Assembly (NCBI RefSeq): GCF_001194135.2
Contig: NC_068983.1
Location: forward strand, 49,010,054 to 49,074,053
Source of the DNA: Octopus bimaculoides
Taxonomy: Eukaryota
Length of the DNA stretch: 64,000 nucleotides
Direction: 5' to 3'
Part shown: in pieces, positions 13,476 through 24,950 of the stretch
Numbering within the stretch: the stretch's first letter is position 1
How the letters are laid out: each line of letters begins with the position of its first letter
Program-made: the position numbers and the translations under genes
Notes under the pieces: generated by a model
Told to the model about the DNA's origin: nothing
The model's database searches: none
The model's input: the letters and a program-made list of their open reading frames with translations, nothing else

Positions 13476-14101
13476 TTTATAATTATATAACCGATCCAGT
13501 ACAATCACAAAATAGTTCTTATATCATATACTTTTATATGCTACGCATTTACTATCAAAATTATTATTCCAATTTCAGCCAAGTATGTTGTTATCGATAT
13601 AATGATAACTAATCTATATATATATATAATAAAGTTTGCATATGTGTGTGTGCATACGTTCCTTACGCATTCGAAAACTGAGCTCCCGATTTTGACGTTT
13701 TGGATATCAAAAGACTCAGTAATCTTTCGGCTACCAGATAACTTTATTTCCATTAACATATTTTCTACGTTTCTCAACAACCAGCTTTAACTATTTGAAA
13801 GACACTGCTCTGCAACGACCACGTTTCATTAGAAAGTGAAGATAATGTCGCACTTTCAATTTGAACCAAAATTACAAAGTGTTGCATTACGAAAGTGACG
13901 ATGAGTGAATAACGAAAATATATTTCTCCAAATTAGTCACATCTGTACTTTAATGAAGAAAGCTGATAATGATCAATCTATGTATATTGCGTCATCTCGT
14001 AAGTAATACGGCTTTTTAAAATGCATGAACTAAAAGTCGGAGGGGGACAGGATAAACTACCAGCATTAACTTGCTATAAAAGCAAGGGGTAAGAACGAAG
14101 G

Positions 14102-14161
<60 letters not shown>

Positions 14162-14605
14162 CGACAGAAGGAGAGTTACACGGGCATATAAAACTTACTT
14201 TTTAATACAGTCTTGTTTTGCTTGCTCTTGTCCCTAATTCTCCACAAAAAAACCTTTAGGGGGGAACCACCAGTTGGGAAGCACTCTGTCATATATTCAA
14301 AGGTGCAAAACTGAATATTACCATTTGGTCGATAACTGATGAAGAATTNNNNNNNNNNNNNNNNNNNNNNNNNNNNNNNNNNNNNNNNNNNNNNNNNNNN
14401 NNNNNNNNNNNNNNNNNNNNNNNNNNNNNNNNNNNNNNNNNNNNNNNNNNNNNNNNNNNNNNNNNNNNNNNNNNNNNNNNNNNNNNNNNNNNNNNNNNNN
14501 NNNNNNNNNNNNNNNNNNNNNNNNNNNNNNNNNNNNNNNNNNNNNNNNNNNNNNNNNNNNNNNNNNNNNNNNNNNNNNNNNNNNNNNNNNNNNNNNNNNN
14601 NNNNN

Positions 14606-14755
14606 CAGGTCACTTGCTATGCAAGTACATCTCCGTATATATATATATATATATACGGAGATGTACTTGCATAGCAAGTGACCTGATCAGAGATCGTGTG
14701 CTGGAACGAAAACAATTGCAGCGTGCAAGGTGTTTATAAGTCATTTACGAAACAC
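14606..14755. mobile_element. Two inverted copies of the 1210-family repeat joined across (TA)10
   Basis: 14606-14635 is the exact reverse complement of 14656-14685. Confidence 0.8.
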
Positions 14756-14867
14756 AGATATATATATATATATATATATTGAGATATTGAGATATTGAGT
14801 TGGAAGCGATTGCTGTGCATATTATATATGTAAATATGCATATATATATATATTCTTTAATAAATGA

Positions 14868-15060
14868 GTTGCGATGTCACAGGTGCCAAGCTGCATCGGC
14901 CCCTTTGCCTTTCCCTTGGATAACACTGGTGGCGTGGAGAGAGGAGACCGGTATGCATGGGCGACTGCTGGTCTTCCATAAGCAACCTTGCCCGGACTTG
15001 TGTCTGGGAGCGAAACTTTTTAGATGCAACCCCATGGTCAGTTCGAAAGGGGTCTCAGAA
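14868..15060 (+). mobile_element. Probable SINE/LINE 3' fragment
   Basis: GC-richer block gggcgactgctggtcttccata...caaccttgcccggacttgtg resembling a recalled octopus repeat. Confidence 0.35.
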
Positions 15061-16111
15061 TATACACATATACATGAGTGTGTGTTGGTTTGTGCGTGTA
15101 CGTGTGTGCCTGTGTACGTGTGTGTATGCATTATTGCTTCACAAATATGTGAAGCCGGTTTCAATTCCGCTGCATTACATTTTGAGTGTCATTTATCCTA
15201 AAGTCGGATATCTACTTCTTTTTAAATGAAGCAGACGCGACTTCAAAGAAATCTTGCGGTTGATTTCTGCATGTACTTCAGCCTCTTCATATCGCATCAA
15301 ATTATGTAGCTAGCTTATAGTCTTAGCGCCTACGTATTTACCATTATAATCCTTTAATGGAATCACTTTCGTTGTCTAACAGTCGTGATAAGTTTCAAAA
15401 CATCTATAGCGTTAGATCTGTATCGAAGTATCTCATTCAAATACTATTTTTTCCAGCTGTTTATTCATATATGTATTTTTATTTCCATTCAATATCACGG
15501 AAATATTTTCGAATAAGATGTGCTAGCAAAACATCGTTGTTAAGATGTATAGTAATAGATAAAGCAATCAATTAATTATTACATCACGCCTTAAAAATAA
15601 TCTTTCGAAACGAGTAATTCTCCATGACTCACACTTTTGTTTCTAAGCGCAACAAATTGTGAATCTACGCCATGTTTATGACGTCACATTCAGTGAATAA
15701 CCAATGTAACAAAATTAGTAGCAATGCCAGGTCATGTTTAGATATAAAGTTTTACGGACCAACATTGATTAAACATTTTTCCACTTGTAATGGTAGAAGA
15801 GACACGATGGAAGTGTATATGTCCGATCTAGGATGAACAGCGACACATCACAGCCAGCCAACCAAATATTATAAACCCAATGTTAGTAGGATGTTACGTA
15901 TCAGAGTAATTTGAAACGGAAATAAATGTATAAACAGTAACTTCCTCTCACTGACTAGATGAACTTTCATTTTTAAATATTAAAGTAATCTTGTAGGATA
16001 TTAACCTCAATTTGTAGAATTTGAAGACATTTATATATTTATAGAATTTATATATATATAGAATTTCAAGACATTTATATAATTTGCAGACGATATATAT
16101 ATATATATATA

Positions 16112-16145
<34 letters not shown>

Positions 16146-17499
16146 CATTGTCTTGAAGTTGGCTTTGCCTTCTGAAAAAGGCATTGTTACAAAAATTTTG
16201 TTACGTAACAGAGTGTATTTGAGAACACAATTCAGACATCCTTTCATTGATATGTTCTTTCGTGAAAATCTATGAAAGTAGATTTTTTTAATATTTACTT
16301 TTCTATTTTATTTATTACTTGGTAATTTGGTTAATGTATTCGTGGCAATATGTATTCTTTAAATGTAATTATGCGAAATAAATATATCTACGTTTATCAT
16401 TTGCGTTTGGTTCTCAAAAACAGCGTTAAATGAATCACTGCTAAATAAATAATATAACATAAGAGAGAAGAAGCTTTATTCTGAAACTCTAAGCTGTACT
16501 GAGCATTGTTAACGGTAAATGGTATGCTTGTTAAGGTCCTAGCAGAACCTTCGACTGATTACAAACTCATGTTACTATAGATTAATTCATGGTAAGCAGG
16601 ATACGCTTCACCATTAGTGTACATTTCACTCGAATCAGTGATAAATGAATCAGTAATAAACAACGGTATAGCTAACAGGTTACATAGAAGTTGAATTTCA
16701 TATTATTCTCTGCATTGCTACAGTAAAAACAATATTCCCATTTTAGAGAACCTCAATCCTTACACATTGTACAAAGGGCCTATACGGCGTCGCTTTATCA
16801 TTGTGAAATCAATTATTCGTAGCGGAATGTCTATGAATCGTGAAAATCATATACAGGCATTATGTTGCTCTGGTTTTGCTTAATTCTTGGAAATTACGGG
16901 CAGACAAAAGCAGGCGGACCACAGCTGTTTTATTATATGCCGTAACTAATTATCTATGTAATTTACAACCCACAAACCGACAACGTGTTTTCCGCGTTTA
17001 AACATAAAAACAAAAACAAAAAAAAACAGATTACATGGTATCATAAACTGCTCTCATCCTCACTCTGAATCGTCTACCTACCTATTCATATATCCAATCT
17101 ACCTGATTTTACAATGAATTCTTTTCTCTCTATATATATGTATGGACATTGTTACAAGATTTCCTATTCAGTGTGATAGAAATAGGGCAGAGAATAAAAA
17201 CAGGGAACTTAGGATTTTATTTATAAAGATGTACATGTATATATGCAATTTTTTTTTGTGTGCAAACAAGCATTGTATTTTTATGTTACGACTTTTGTTT
17301 CAGCAGTTTTGTTAAGAATTCATCGTGCCAAGGCAATTGTCGTACCAATCGATAATATGATTAATTTTTCTCCATTAACACTGTGCTGTGTCCAAGACAA
17401 AGGGGCTAATATTACAGAGTTTCAACACAACCTGACTATAAGTAATTGCAAATTGAAATGTTACTGCTATTGTTAGTTATGTCATTATATAGCAAGCCT

Positions 17500-17718
17500 A
17501 AGGCGGCGAGCTGGCAGACTTGTTTGCATATCGGGCGAAATGCTTAGCGGTATTTCGTCTGCCGCTGTGTTCTGAGTTCAAATTCCACTGTGGTCGACTT
17601 TGCTTTTCATCCTTTCGGAGTCGATAAAGTAAGTACCAGTTGAGTACTGGGGTCGAGGGAATCGATTATCCCCCTCCCTCCCAATTTCAGGCCTTGTGCC
17701 TATAGTAGAAAGGGTTAT
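17500..17718 (+). mobile_element. OK-like tRNA SINE monomer
   Basis: A-box tggcaga, B-box gagttcaaattcc, core gtcgactttgc..ttcatcctttcgg.gtcgataaa..aagtaccagtt, terminal tail aatttcaggccttgtgcctatagtagaaagg. Confidence 0.9.
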
Positions 17719-17997
17719 CATGTAGCATGTTCGGTTGATTAGAATATACCTAATTTACTTGCAGCTGTAAGCATAAACTAATGATTAGGGGTTTATAAGA
17801 CTGCATGATTTAATATTTACTTTCCGTTCATAGAAACCTAAGGTTTGATTTAGCATCATCTAGTTGTTATACTTAGTATTGTACCTAGTATACATGAGCT
17901 GCCTTTTGTTGAGTTGCACATGTTATACGTTGGAATTGCTTATAGCGATTGCAGGGAGTCGAATAAAAAATATCTTTTGTTTTATTTTCTTCCTCAG

Positions 17998-18067
17998 GAA
18001 TCGGTGTTCGTGCAACAGATCGTTATCGCGGAAATCATCGGTCAGACATTGGTCATTATGACGCTCG
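17998..18067 (+). CDS. Candidate isolated 70-nt exon, product unknown
   Basis: Acceptor ttttcttcctcAG, donor GTaaca; two open frames (GIGVRATDRYRGNHRSDIGHYDAR or ESVFVQQIVIAEIIGQTLVIMTL); no partner exons found. Confidence 0.25.
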
Positions 18068-18285
18068 GTAACAGAGCATCTAATCAATCAATTATTAAGT
18101 CACACGTTTATGAAAATAGTTTAGTTAACCAAATAACACTACATGTAAAACACATTAGTCTATTAATATTACCAGATATCTAAACACACCATTGTATAAC
18201 GTCACATTTAGAGAGTAGCCATTGTCAGCAAAATCACTTTGGTTTATAAAAGCTTTGGACCACAAATAATTTAGCGCTCAGAAGA

Positions 18286-18288
<3 letters not shown>

Positions 18289-18372
<84 letters not shown>
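18289..18372. repeat. (AGT)n microsatellite
   Basis: Direct reading. Confidence 0.95.
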
Positions 18373-18373
<1 letters not shown>

Positions 18374-19226
18374 AGACAAGTCGTAAACATTTACCAACAT
18401 ATTCATCCAATCAAATACTCCGACCACACAGTTACTAACACATTTCAGAACGCAGTAAGTTAAAAAAGAAATAAATGTTAAAAGGATGAATGTCCTTATC
18501 TAATTGACGGCCTTCATTTTGACATTAAACTTATTAACTCAGATGAACTTTCATTTCGTAAGTATTAACTTACTCCTGTAAGTTATTAACCTCACTTTGT
18601 TCAATAGAGGAAAAACTGAAGACATTTGATATTTATGAAAATTAACTGGATGCTTGCAATATCTCTTGAGAAAATGTATTGTTGTTACCAGCATTTTTAC
18701 ATAGTAATGTCTTTGAAAACACGGATTCAGTAAGATACAATTTCATTGATATATTATGAGAGTTGAAAAGAAGCAATTCATTTTGATATCGTTTCTGAAT
18801 AGAGTTTTTGAAATTTATATATTACTTTGTTTTTTTTTAATTTGGTTAATGCAGTCGTAGCACTTTCAGTCTCTGAAATGTAATTATACGAAGTAACATG
18901 TTATGTATAATATTTTCAAATTAATGTTGTTCACAACAAACCGCCAGCGCCAGCAAGAATGCATTCAGAAATCTGAAACCTGAAATTGTTACGCATTACA
19001 TAAAGGACGTTAGTTTCACGAACTTAGAACGTCGAAAACAGCGTGAAGATTTCGGAGTGACATATCTAGAAGAAAAAAATAGATATTTTAATCTTGTTTA
19101 ATTTTTGGGGATATGTGGAAAACAACAGAAATTGAACAACAACAATTTTATTGTACGGCCTAACTATTCATCTCTGTACTCAACAATAGACAATCTACAA
19201 ATACTCGCAAGCTAGAAATAAGTAGC

Positions 19227-19472
19227 ATGAAATGTGTAACCTATATACTAGTTCTTAAGCTAAGAGGCAAACAAGACCAAACTATAAACCATCTTTGCAC
19301 CATGGAGCATATTTTGACCGGTTGTTCTGGAGCAATGGAAAAAAGCCGATACAGGTGGCGGAACGACAGGTCAAGGGTCATAAGACAACAAAAGTTGAAC
19401 ACTTCTAACTCAGCTGAAGTGTATGGGCTAAGGGGCAAAGCCCCTGTGACCCTGACAAATCAACTGACATAA
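19227..19472 (+). mobile_element. RLE-clade non-LTR fragment (Hero/NeSL-like zinc-knuckle region)
   Basis: TMEHILTGC...RYRWRND matches the EHIL..C....RY.WRH(D/N) motif. Confidence 0.55.
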
Positions 19473-19741
19473 CATACGGAAAGATTTCCAACTTTACGAT
19501 GTGTTGAGAACTACTTGCAAAAGCTCTGTGTAACTCTTGCATTTTCTCCGTCAAGTAGAACTTCATCAATGTTTAGTTAATCTATATGTTAACATTTACC
19601 CTCATTTTTGTAAATGTTTGGGATTCTAAATCATTATTGATACACTTGTGTCTTCACGTTGCTGATATGACTTAGGTTTTTGTCTACTTATACACAAAAC
19701 GATCTTGGTTTGTCAGTATAATCAACGGCCTCTTACAAATA

Positions 19742-19954
19742 CAAGAGGGTACTGAAAAGTTCCTAGCTTTAAACGTATTGCGAAAGGACTAGATGGAGGC
19801 CCAGCCTTCTAAGTTCTTTTAGAGGGATTAGAAAAACTGAAGGACCGCTGCTATAAGTGTGTGAATCTGAGAGTGGAATATGCTGAATATGATCATAACT
19901 GATCCTCCTGTATTTTATTTTACCCGAACTTAGGAGCTTTTCAGCATCCCCTTG
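19742..19954. mobile_element. Mariner-derived MITE
   Basis: Imperfect TIRs caagagggtactgaaaagttccta and taggagcttttcagcatccccttg; TA on both sides (19740-41, 19955-56). Confidence 0.8.
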
Positions 19955-21259
19955 TAGAAAAATACTACATTTTCATTCATCCATCTTTGAAAAGTCGCAT
20001 CAGAAAGCAATGGAACAGATCTTTTGATCTTTGTGCATATTCCGAAGACACCCACGAACTTTTGAAAAAAGTTTCTGGAACTGATTAGGTTTTCGAATAC
20101 GAATCTCGCCGCTTCATTTAACAGTACACAAGATGTTTGGTAACGGATTGTTACATTTGATTTGATATTTCCAAATGATCTTTATTTGACCTTAAAGTAC
20201 GGAACTTCAGTCAAGAATGTTTAGGCTAAAAGAAGAACAAAAAAAATAAATTGAAGTATCATTGAGGTTTGTTGTAAAAAATTATTTAAATTTTCATTTT
20301 TACGGGAAAATAATCATATCATGAGCAAAACCGCTTGTGCTAAATACTGAATATATTTTTGCTAGAGAAACTATTATAAGGGAGAATTTCTGTAATAATT
20401 AAATCGTAAAGTTTAGTTATAATAAATGATTAGTTATAAGTTACTAAAATTATTTTGAAAGAGTGTTTCTTTTCCTCAAAGTATAAAAAGAATCACTTAA
20501 ATATATTTTACGGTCCTTGCACCGACCTGATCAACTTAATCTGTACTGCTTGCAAAGCCACTGTTTTGTTTAAAGTTTTATAACTATGATTTACTGTAAT
20601 GTATCAGTGAGCCATTTACTAAATTATGGTATTAACAAATAACTAAGGCATTTTAAACTATACATATCATCTCATATTTACTATGCAGAAACATTATCAT
20701 ATACAGTTTACCATGTACCATCTTCTGTTCGTATATTTTACAAATTAAATACTCGAACATAATGTACTATTTCGCTGCAAACATAGACAGCAAAACACAA
20801 TTATCGGAATAAAATATTCATATAGCATACTGTACACAGTGACTGCCAAGCAGCTAGGCACGGTTTAATGTCTAACATATATTTCATGGAAGCTCAATAT
20901 CCTACTATTGAAATAAATGGTTCAGCAGAAATAGGTTGTCATGTTTGAATTGTGTATTATATGGCGTTTTGTTAAAAACCTCTATTGCCGTGAGAAACAA
21001 ATTATCTTGTTTTGGTTCACCAAGTATAAAAATATAGAATACTGTTGATTCAAATGATGAGACATAAACCAAACATTAGTCTCTTTATTTTGTGGTTACT
21101 CTAGAACATTATTCTAACACAATACATTCTTTTATTTCATTTGTAAAAGTGCAAGTATGAAATATATTTAATATTAATGTTTTTCTCCACATCCTGAAAC
21201 TTTACCATATGCATAGGTTTTAGAGAATGTATTCTCTTCAATGATTCTCTGAATAATAA

Positions 21260-21660
21260 CGGACAACAAGTTAGAAAATAATAGAACAGATATTACGAAC
21301 ATAGATAATGAAAAGCGAACTTGCTTACTTATCGACCCGCCATGCCAGCCCGTTTGATTCCAGGATCATAAAGGGAGAGAGGAAGAAAAAACATGAAAAT
21401 GCAATTCTTTAAAATTTGAAATAGGATTAATTTGGAATAATTATTTGGTGCGATGGGAACAGTAAGCCAAGATATAGACAAATGGCTGAAGGAGATTGAA
21501 ATAAGGTTCCCGATAGAGATTCTACAGAAAGTTTGCCTCTTAAAGACAGCCGAGATTATCAGAGGTTCAAAGCACTTGAAAGACTGCCGAAAACGTGTGG
21601 ATACGTAATGTTACAGGTAGTGACTCGCTACCGACAAAAATGTTACCAGGAATAAGGCCA
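21260..21660 (+). mobile_element. R4/Dong-type 3' fragment (RLE domain + 3' UTR)
   Basis: TCLLID, GAMGTVSQDIDKWLKEIEI...LQKVCLLKTAEII; followed by an ATA/GAT microsatellite. Confidence 0.7.
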
Positions 21661-21799
21661 AACCTGAGTTTTGTTACTATAATAATGATAATATTAATAA
21701 TAACGATGATGATGATGATGATTATGATGATGATGATTATGATGATGATGATTATGATGTTTACAATGATGATGATTGTGGTGGCGGTGATAATGGAAA

Positions 21800-22420
21800 T
21801 TTGAGACAAGCCATTAGCACAAATCTCATAAAGGCAAAACATCGACAAATCTTAGTCAGATTGCAAATGTGGAAACTGCAGAAAAGGAAACGAAAGTATC
21901 AATCACTTTTGAGTGAGTACAGTATACTAGCACAAAATGATTATTCTTGCAGACATGACTGTGTGCGCAATAGAGAGCATTGGGGTGATGAGAATAAGTC
22001 GATTCAAAATAACAGGAAATTGGTATGGACACGAACCAGGGGCTGTCATAGAAAATGAAAAATACAGGATCTTGTGGAAAGACCCCTTAAATATGAACCA
22101 TTCTCCTGAAGCACGATGACCAGTCATGATGACAGAGGACAAATTAAAAATAAACAGCGTAAGATCATATGTTTTCCAATATTTTTATCCGCAGAGCTGA
22201 GGAGATTTTGGAAGACTAAGACAATATGTTTTCGGTTGTAACTGATACACTTTGCACAACACCCACAATACCCGCTAAAGAAAGCAGAGATATTGGAACT
22301 GAAACTTGCATTGTCAACCCGAAAGAGTGATATCATATATTCTGCAAGAATCCTAAAGAAGATTCTTGAGAATTGAGGAGGCTTGTTGCCACCAAACCTT
22401 AACCACTGTTAATGAAATTA
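21800..22420 (+). mobile_element. R4/Dong-type 3' fragment (zinc knuckle + RLE)
   Basis: QAISTNLIKAK, RHDCV, WYGHEPGAVIENEKYRILW; followed by (AAT)n. Confidence 0.75.
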
Positions 22421-22510
22421 GCATGCACATCTGCAAAGATAACAATAATAATAACAATAATAATAAAAATAATTATGATGATGATAGTAGCAGCAGCAGT
22501 AGCAGTATTA

Positions 22511-22569
<59 letters not shown>

Positions 22570-22572
<3 letters not shown>

Positions 22573-23560
22573 TTATATTTTTATTGCCTTTGCACAGGTT
22601 CTAACGCTGGAGATGTACTACGGCGCCAGCTGTTCACTATTAGTGGAATTTATAGGAGCACCATGTGCAGTATTCAAGCGGTTCCAAGCAGCGTCTTCTG
22701 CAAGTGCTCCACCCATATTGCATCCCCTGTTTGTTCCATGTGCTTCTCAAAATTTTTATTGACTCCCTCAGGGCTCCAACAATTATTGGTACTACTACCA
22801 CATATTTCAGCAACTACAACTGCTTGACCTCCCAAGCTAACCTGATATATCTATCGACTTTGCTTTCTTCCTTATCGCATATCTTGTTTTCAGCTAAGCA
22901 TGCTATATATATGATCCAGCGTCGATTGCTTTCTTTCTCGAGTAACACTATATCTGGTTTCCTATTCTCTATCTCATGGTCGCACTGAATCATAAATTCC
23001 GATAGGATATTTGCCTTATCATTTTCGACGATGTCTTCAGGTTTATGTTCGTACCACTATTTTGCTCTGTCAAGTCCATACTTGTTGCAAAGTGTCCAAT
23101 AGACAATCCCTGCTATATTGGCCTGATCTCTCTTATATTCTTTCTTGGCTAGTGGTGTACATTGACAGGTAATATGCCATACGTTTCATCATTTTCTCCA
23201 CAAATTCTGCGCTTATCACTTCCTGGTGTGTTGTCTCTTCTATATTTAATATAATTGGTTCTTAATACCTGCTCTTGGGCAGCACAGATCAGAGCCTCCG
23301 TTTCCGGTTTTAAATAATTTTACTAATCTATAGTTACGGGATTGCTCAGGTAGTAACACACCATGACCACAGCATTGACTTGTTCGTTCCATGTACGCCG
23401 TGTGTGCTGGTCCCTTGCTGGATAACGACAGGCTGGAGCCGGACCAGAATCTCTGAGCCTTCCGGGTGCAACACTGTCACCATCAAGGTCTTCAGTTTCA
23501 TTACCACCGTTATTTACAATATTTTGTTTTTTCGTTGTCACTCATATCAAGTAGCGATTA
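22570..23560 (-). mobile_element. Internally deleted R4/Dong-type element (N-terminus fused to zinc knuckle/RLE)
   Basis: RRTWNEQVNAVVMVCYYLSNP directly followed by LKPETEALICAAQEQ, WYEHKPEDIVEND, RKPDIV, VPIIVGAL; (TAA)n at the 3' end. Confidence 0.75.
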
Positions 23561-24153
23561 TCAGGTTGCGCAATTACCAGTGTTTTTATTGTGACACCAT
23601 CACTAGATATATCAACAATCAGAGCATAGAGAGATTCATTGTTATTATTATCATCACTGTTATTATTAATTACATTTTTTTTTACTATTTGTCATTGTTA
23701 ATATTTCCTATGATCCGACATGAGTTTTGGCTATATTATAATTAATATCAATAGTACTGTTACGAATATTATTACCATCATTATTATTATTCTCATTTAT
23801 TTTTAAAAGGTATTATTAAATTTTATTTTAGTTTCAACTTTTGTCTTGTACTTGAGATAATCATAAATATGTGAGGGTTTAAAGGAGCAAGAGAAACAGC
23901 TTGGTAAACAGATTAAATCCCTTAGTTCTGTAAATAGATTCGGCAGATCGTGAAGAGATCAGCAATAGGCATTCCTGCGCGATAAGGAGACGAAAGAGGC
24001 CTCATACCCTTGGGGTTAGCAGAAGTCAAATGTGTTTACTACTACTAGCGAGCAATGAGAGCGCTGACCTTCGCCTTGAAAAGAACCAATTCTCCTTGCT
24101 CTATTTTTAATTACTGATAGAAAATATAATTATATATATACTGATGTTCAGTA

Positions 24154-24241
<88 letters not shown>

Positions 24242-24259
24242 CATTATTATTTTATGTTT

Positions 24260-24950
24260 GACTTTTGTTTTGCATTTGTACAANNNNNNNNNNNNNNNNN
24301 NNNNNNNNNNNNNNNNNNNNNNNNNNNNNNNNNNNNNNNNNNNNNNNNNNNNNNNNNNNNNNNNNNNNNNNNNNNNNNNNNNNNNNNNNNNNNNNNNNNN
24401 NNNNNNNNNNNNNNNNNNNNNNNNNNNNNNNNNNNNNNNNNNNNNNNNNNNNNNCATTTTGGGGTTTCCTGGTATCTGAGCTAGGTAGTAATCAGCCCGT
24501 TTCGCTGTCATTCCCAGGGCACCTATGACAATAGGTATTGTTTTCATCTTCACATTCCACATTTTGCTAATTTCTATTTCAAGATCTTTATATTTGCTCA
24601 GTTTTTGGTAGGTCTTGACAGATACGTTTATATCGATTGGGACAGTCATATCAATGAGGAGGCATGATTTTTGTCTGAAGTCTTTCAGTATGATGTCTGG
24701 CCTATTTGCGTCTATCTTTCTGTCAGTTTGAATGGTGAAGTTCCAGAGGAGTGCAATGTGATCATTTTCAAGTACTGGGGGTGGTTTGTGTTCCCACCAG
24801 TTTTTTATCATGGGGCAAGTCCAGGTTTTTGCATATTACCCAGTGATTATTTTGTACAGCTCTATCATGCCTATTGAGATACTCTGTAGGCGCAAGCAGA
24901 CTGCACATGGAGACAACATGATCGATGGTCTCATTTTGTTGTTGGCATAT
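24260..24950 (-). mobile_element. R4/Dong-type 3' fragment (zinc knuckle + RLE)
   Basis: ETIDHVVSMC..L...EYLNRHD, WWEHKPPPVLEND...ANRPDII...IDMTVP...KLSKYKDLEIEI; (TAA)n downstream at 24148-24250. Confidence 0.9.

Noticed and set aside
14675-14686. agtgacctga shared between the 1210-family repeat and the tRNA-hammerhead element
   Set aside because: Only 10 bp with unrelated flanks; probably chance
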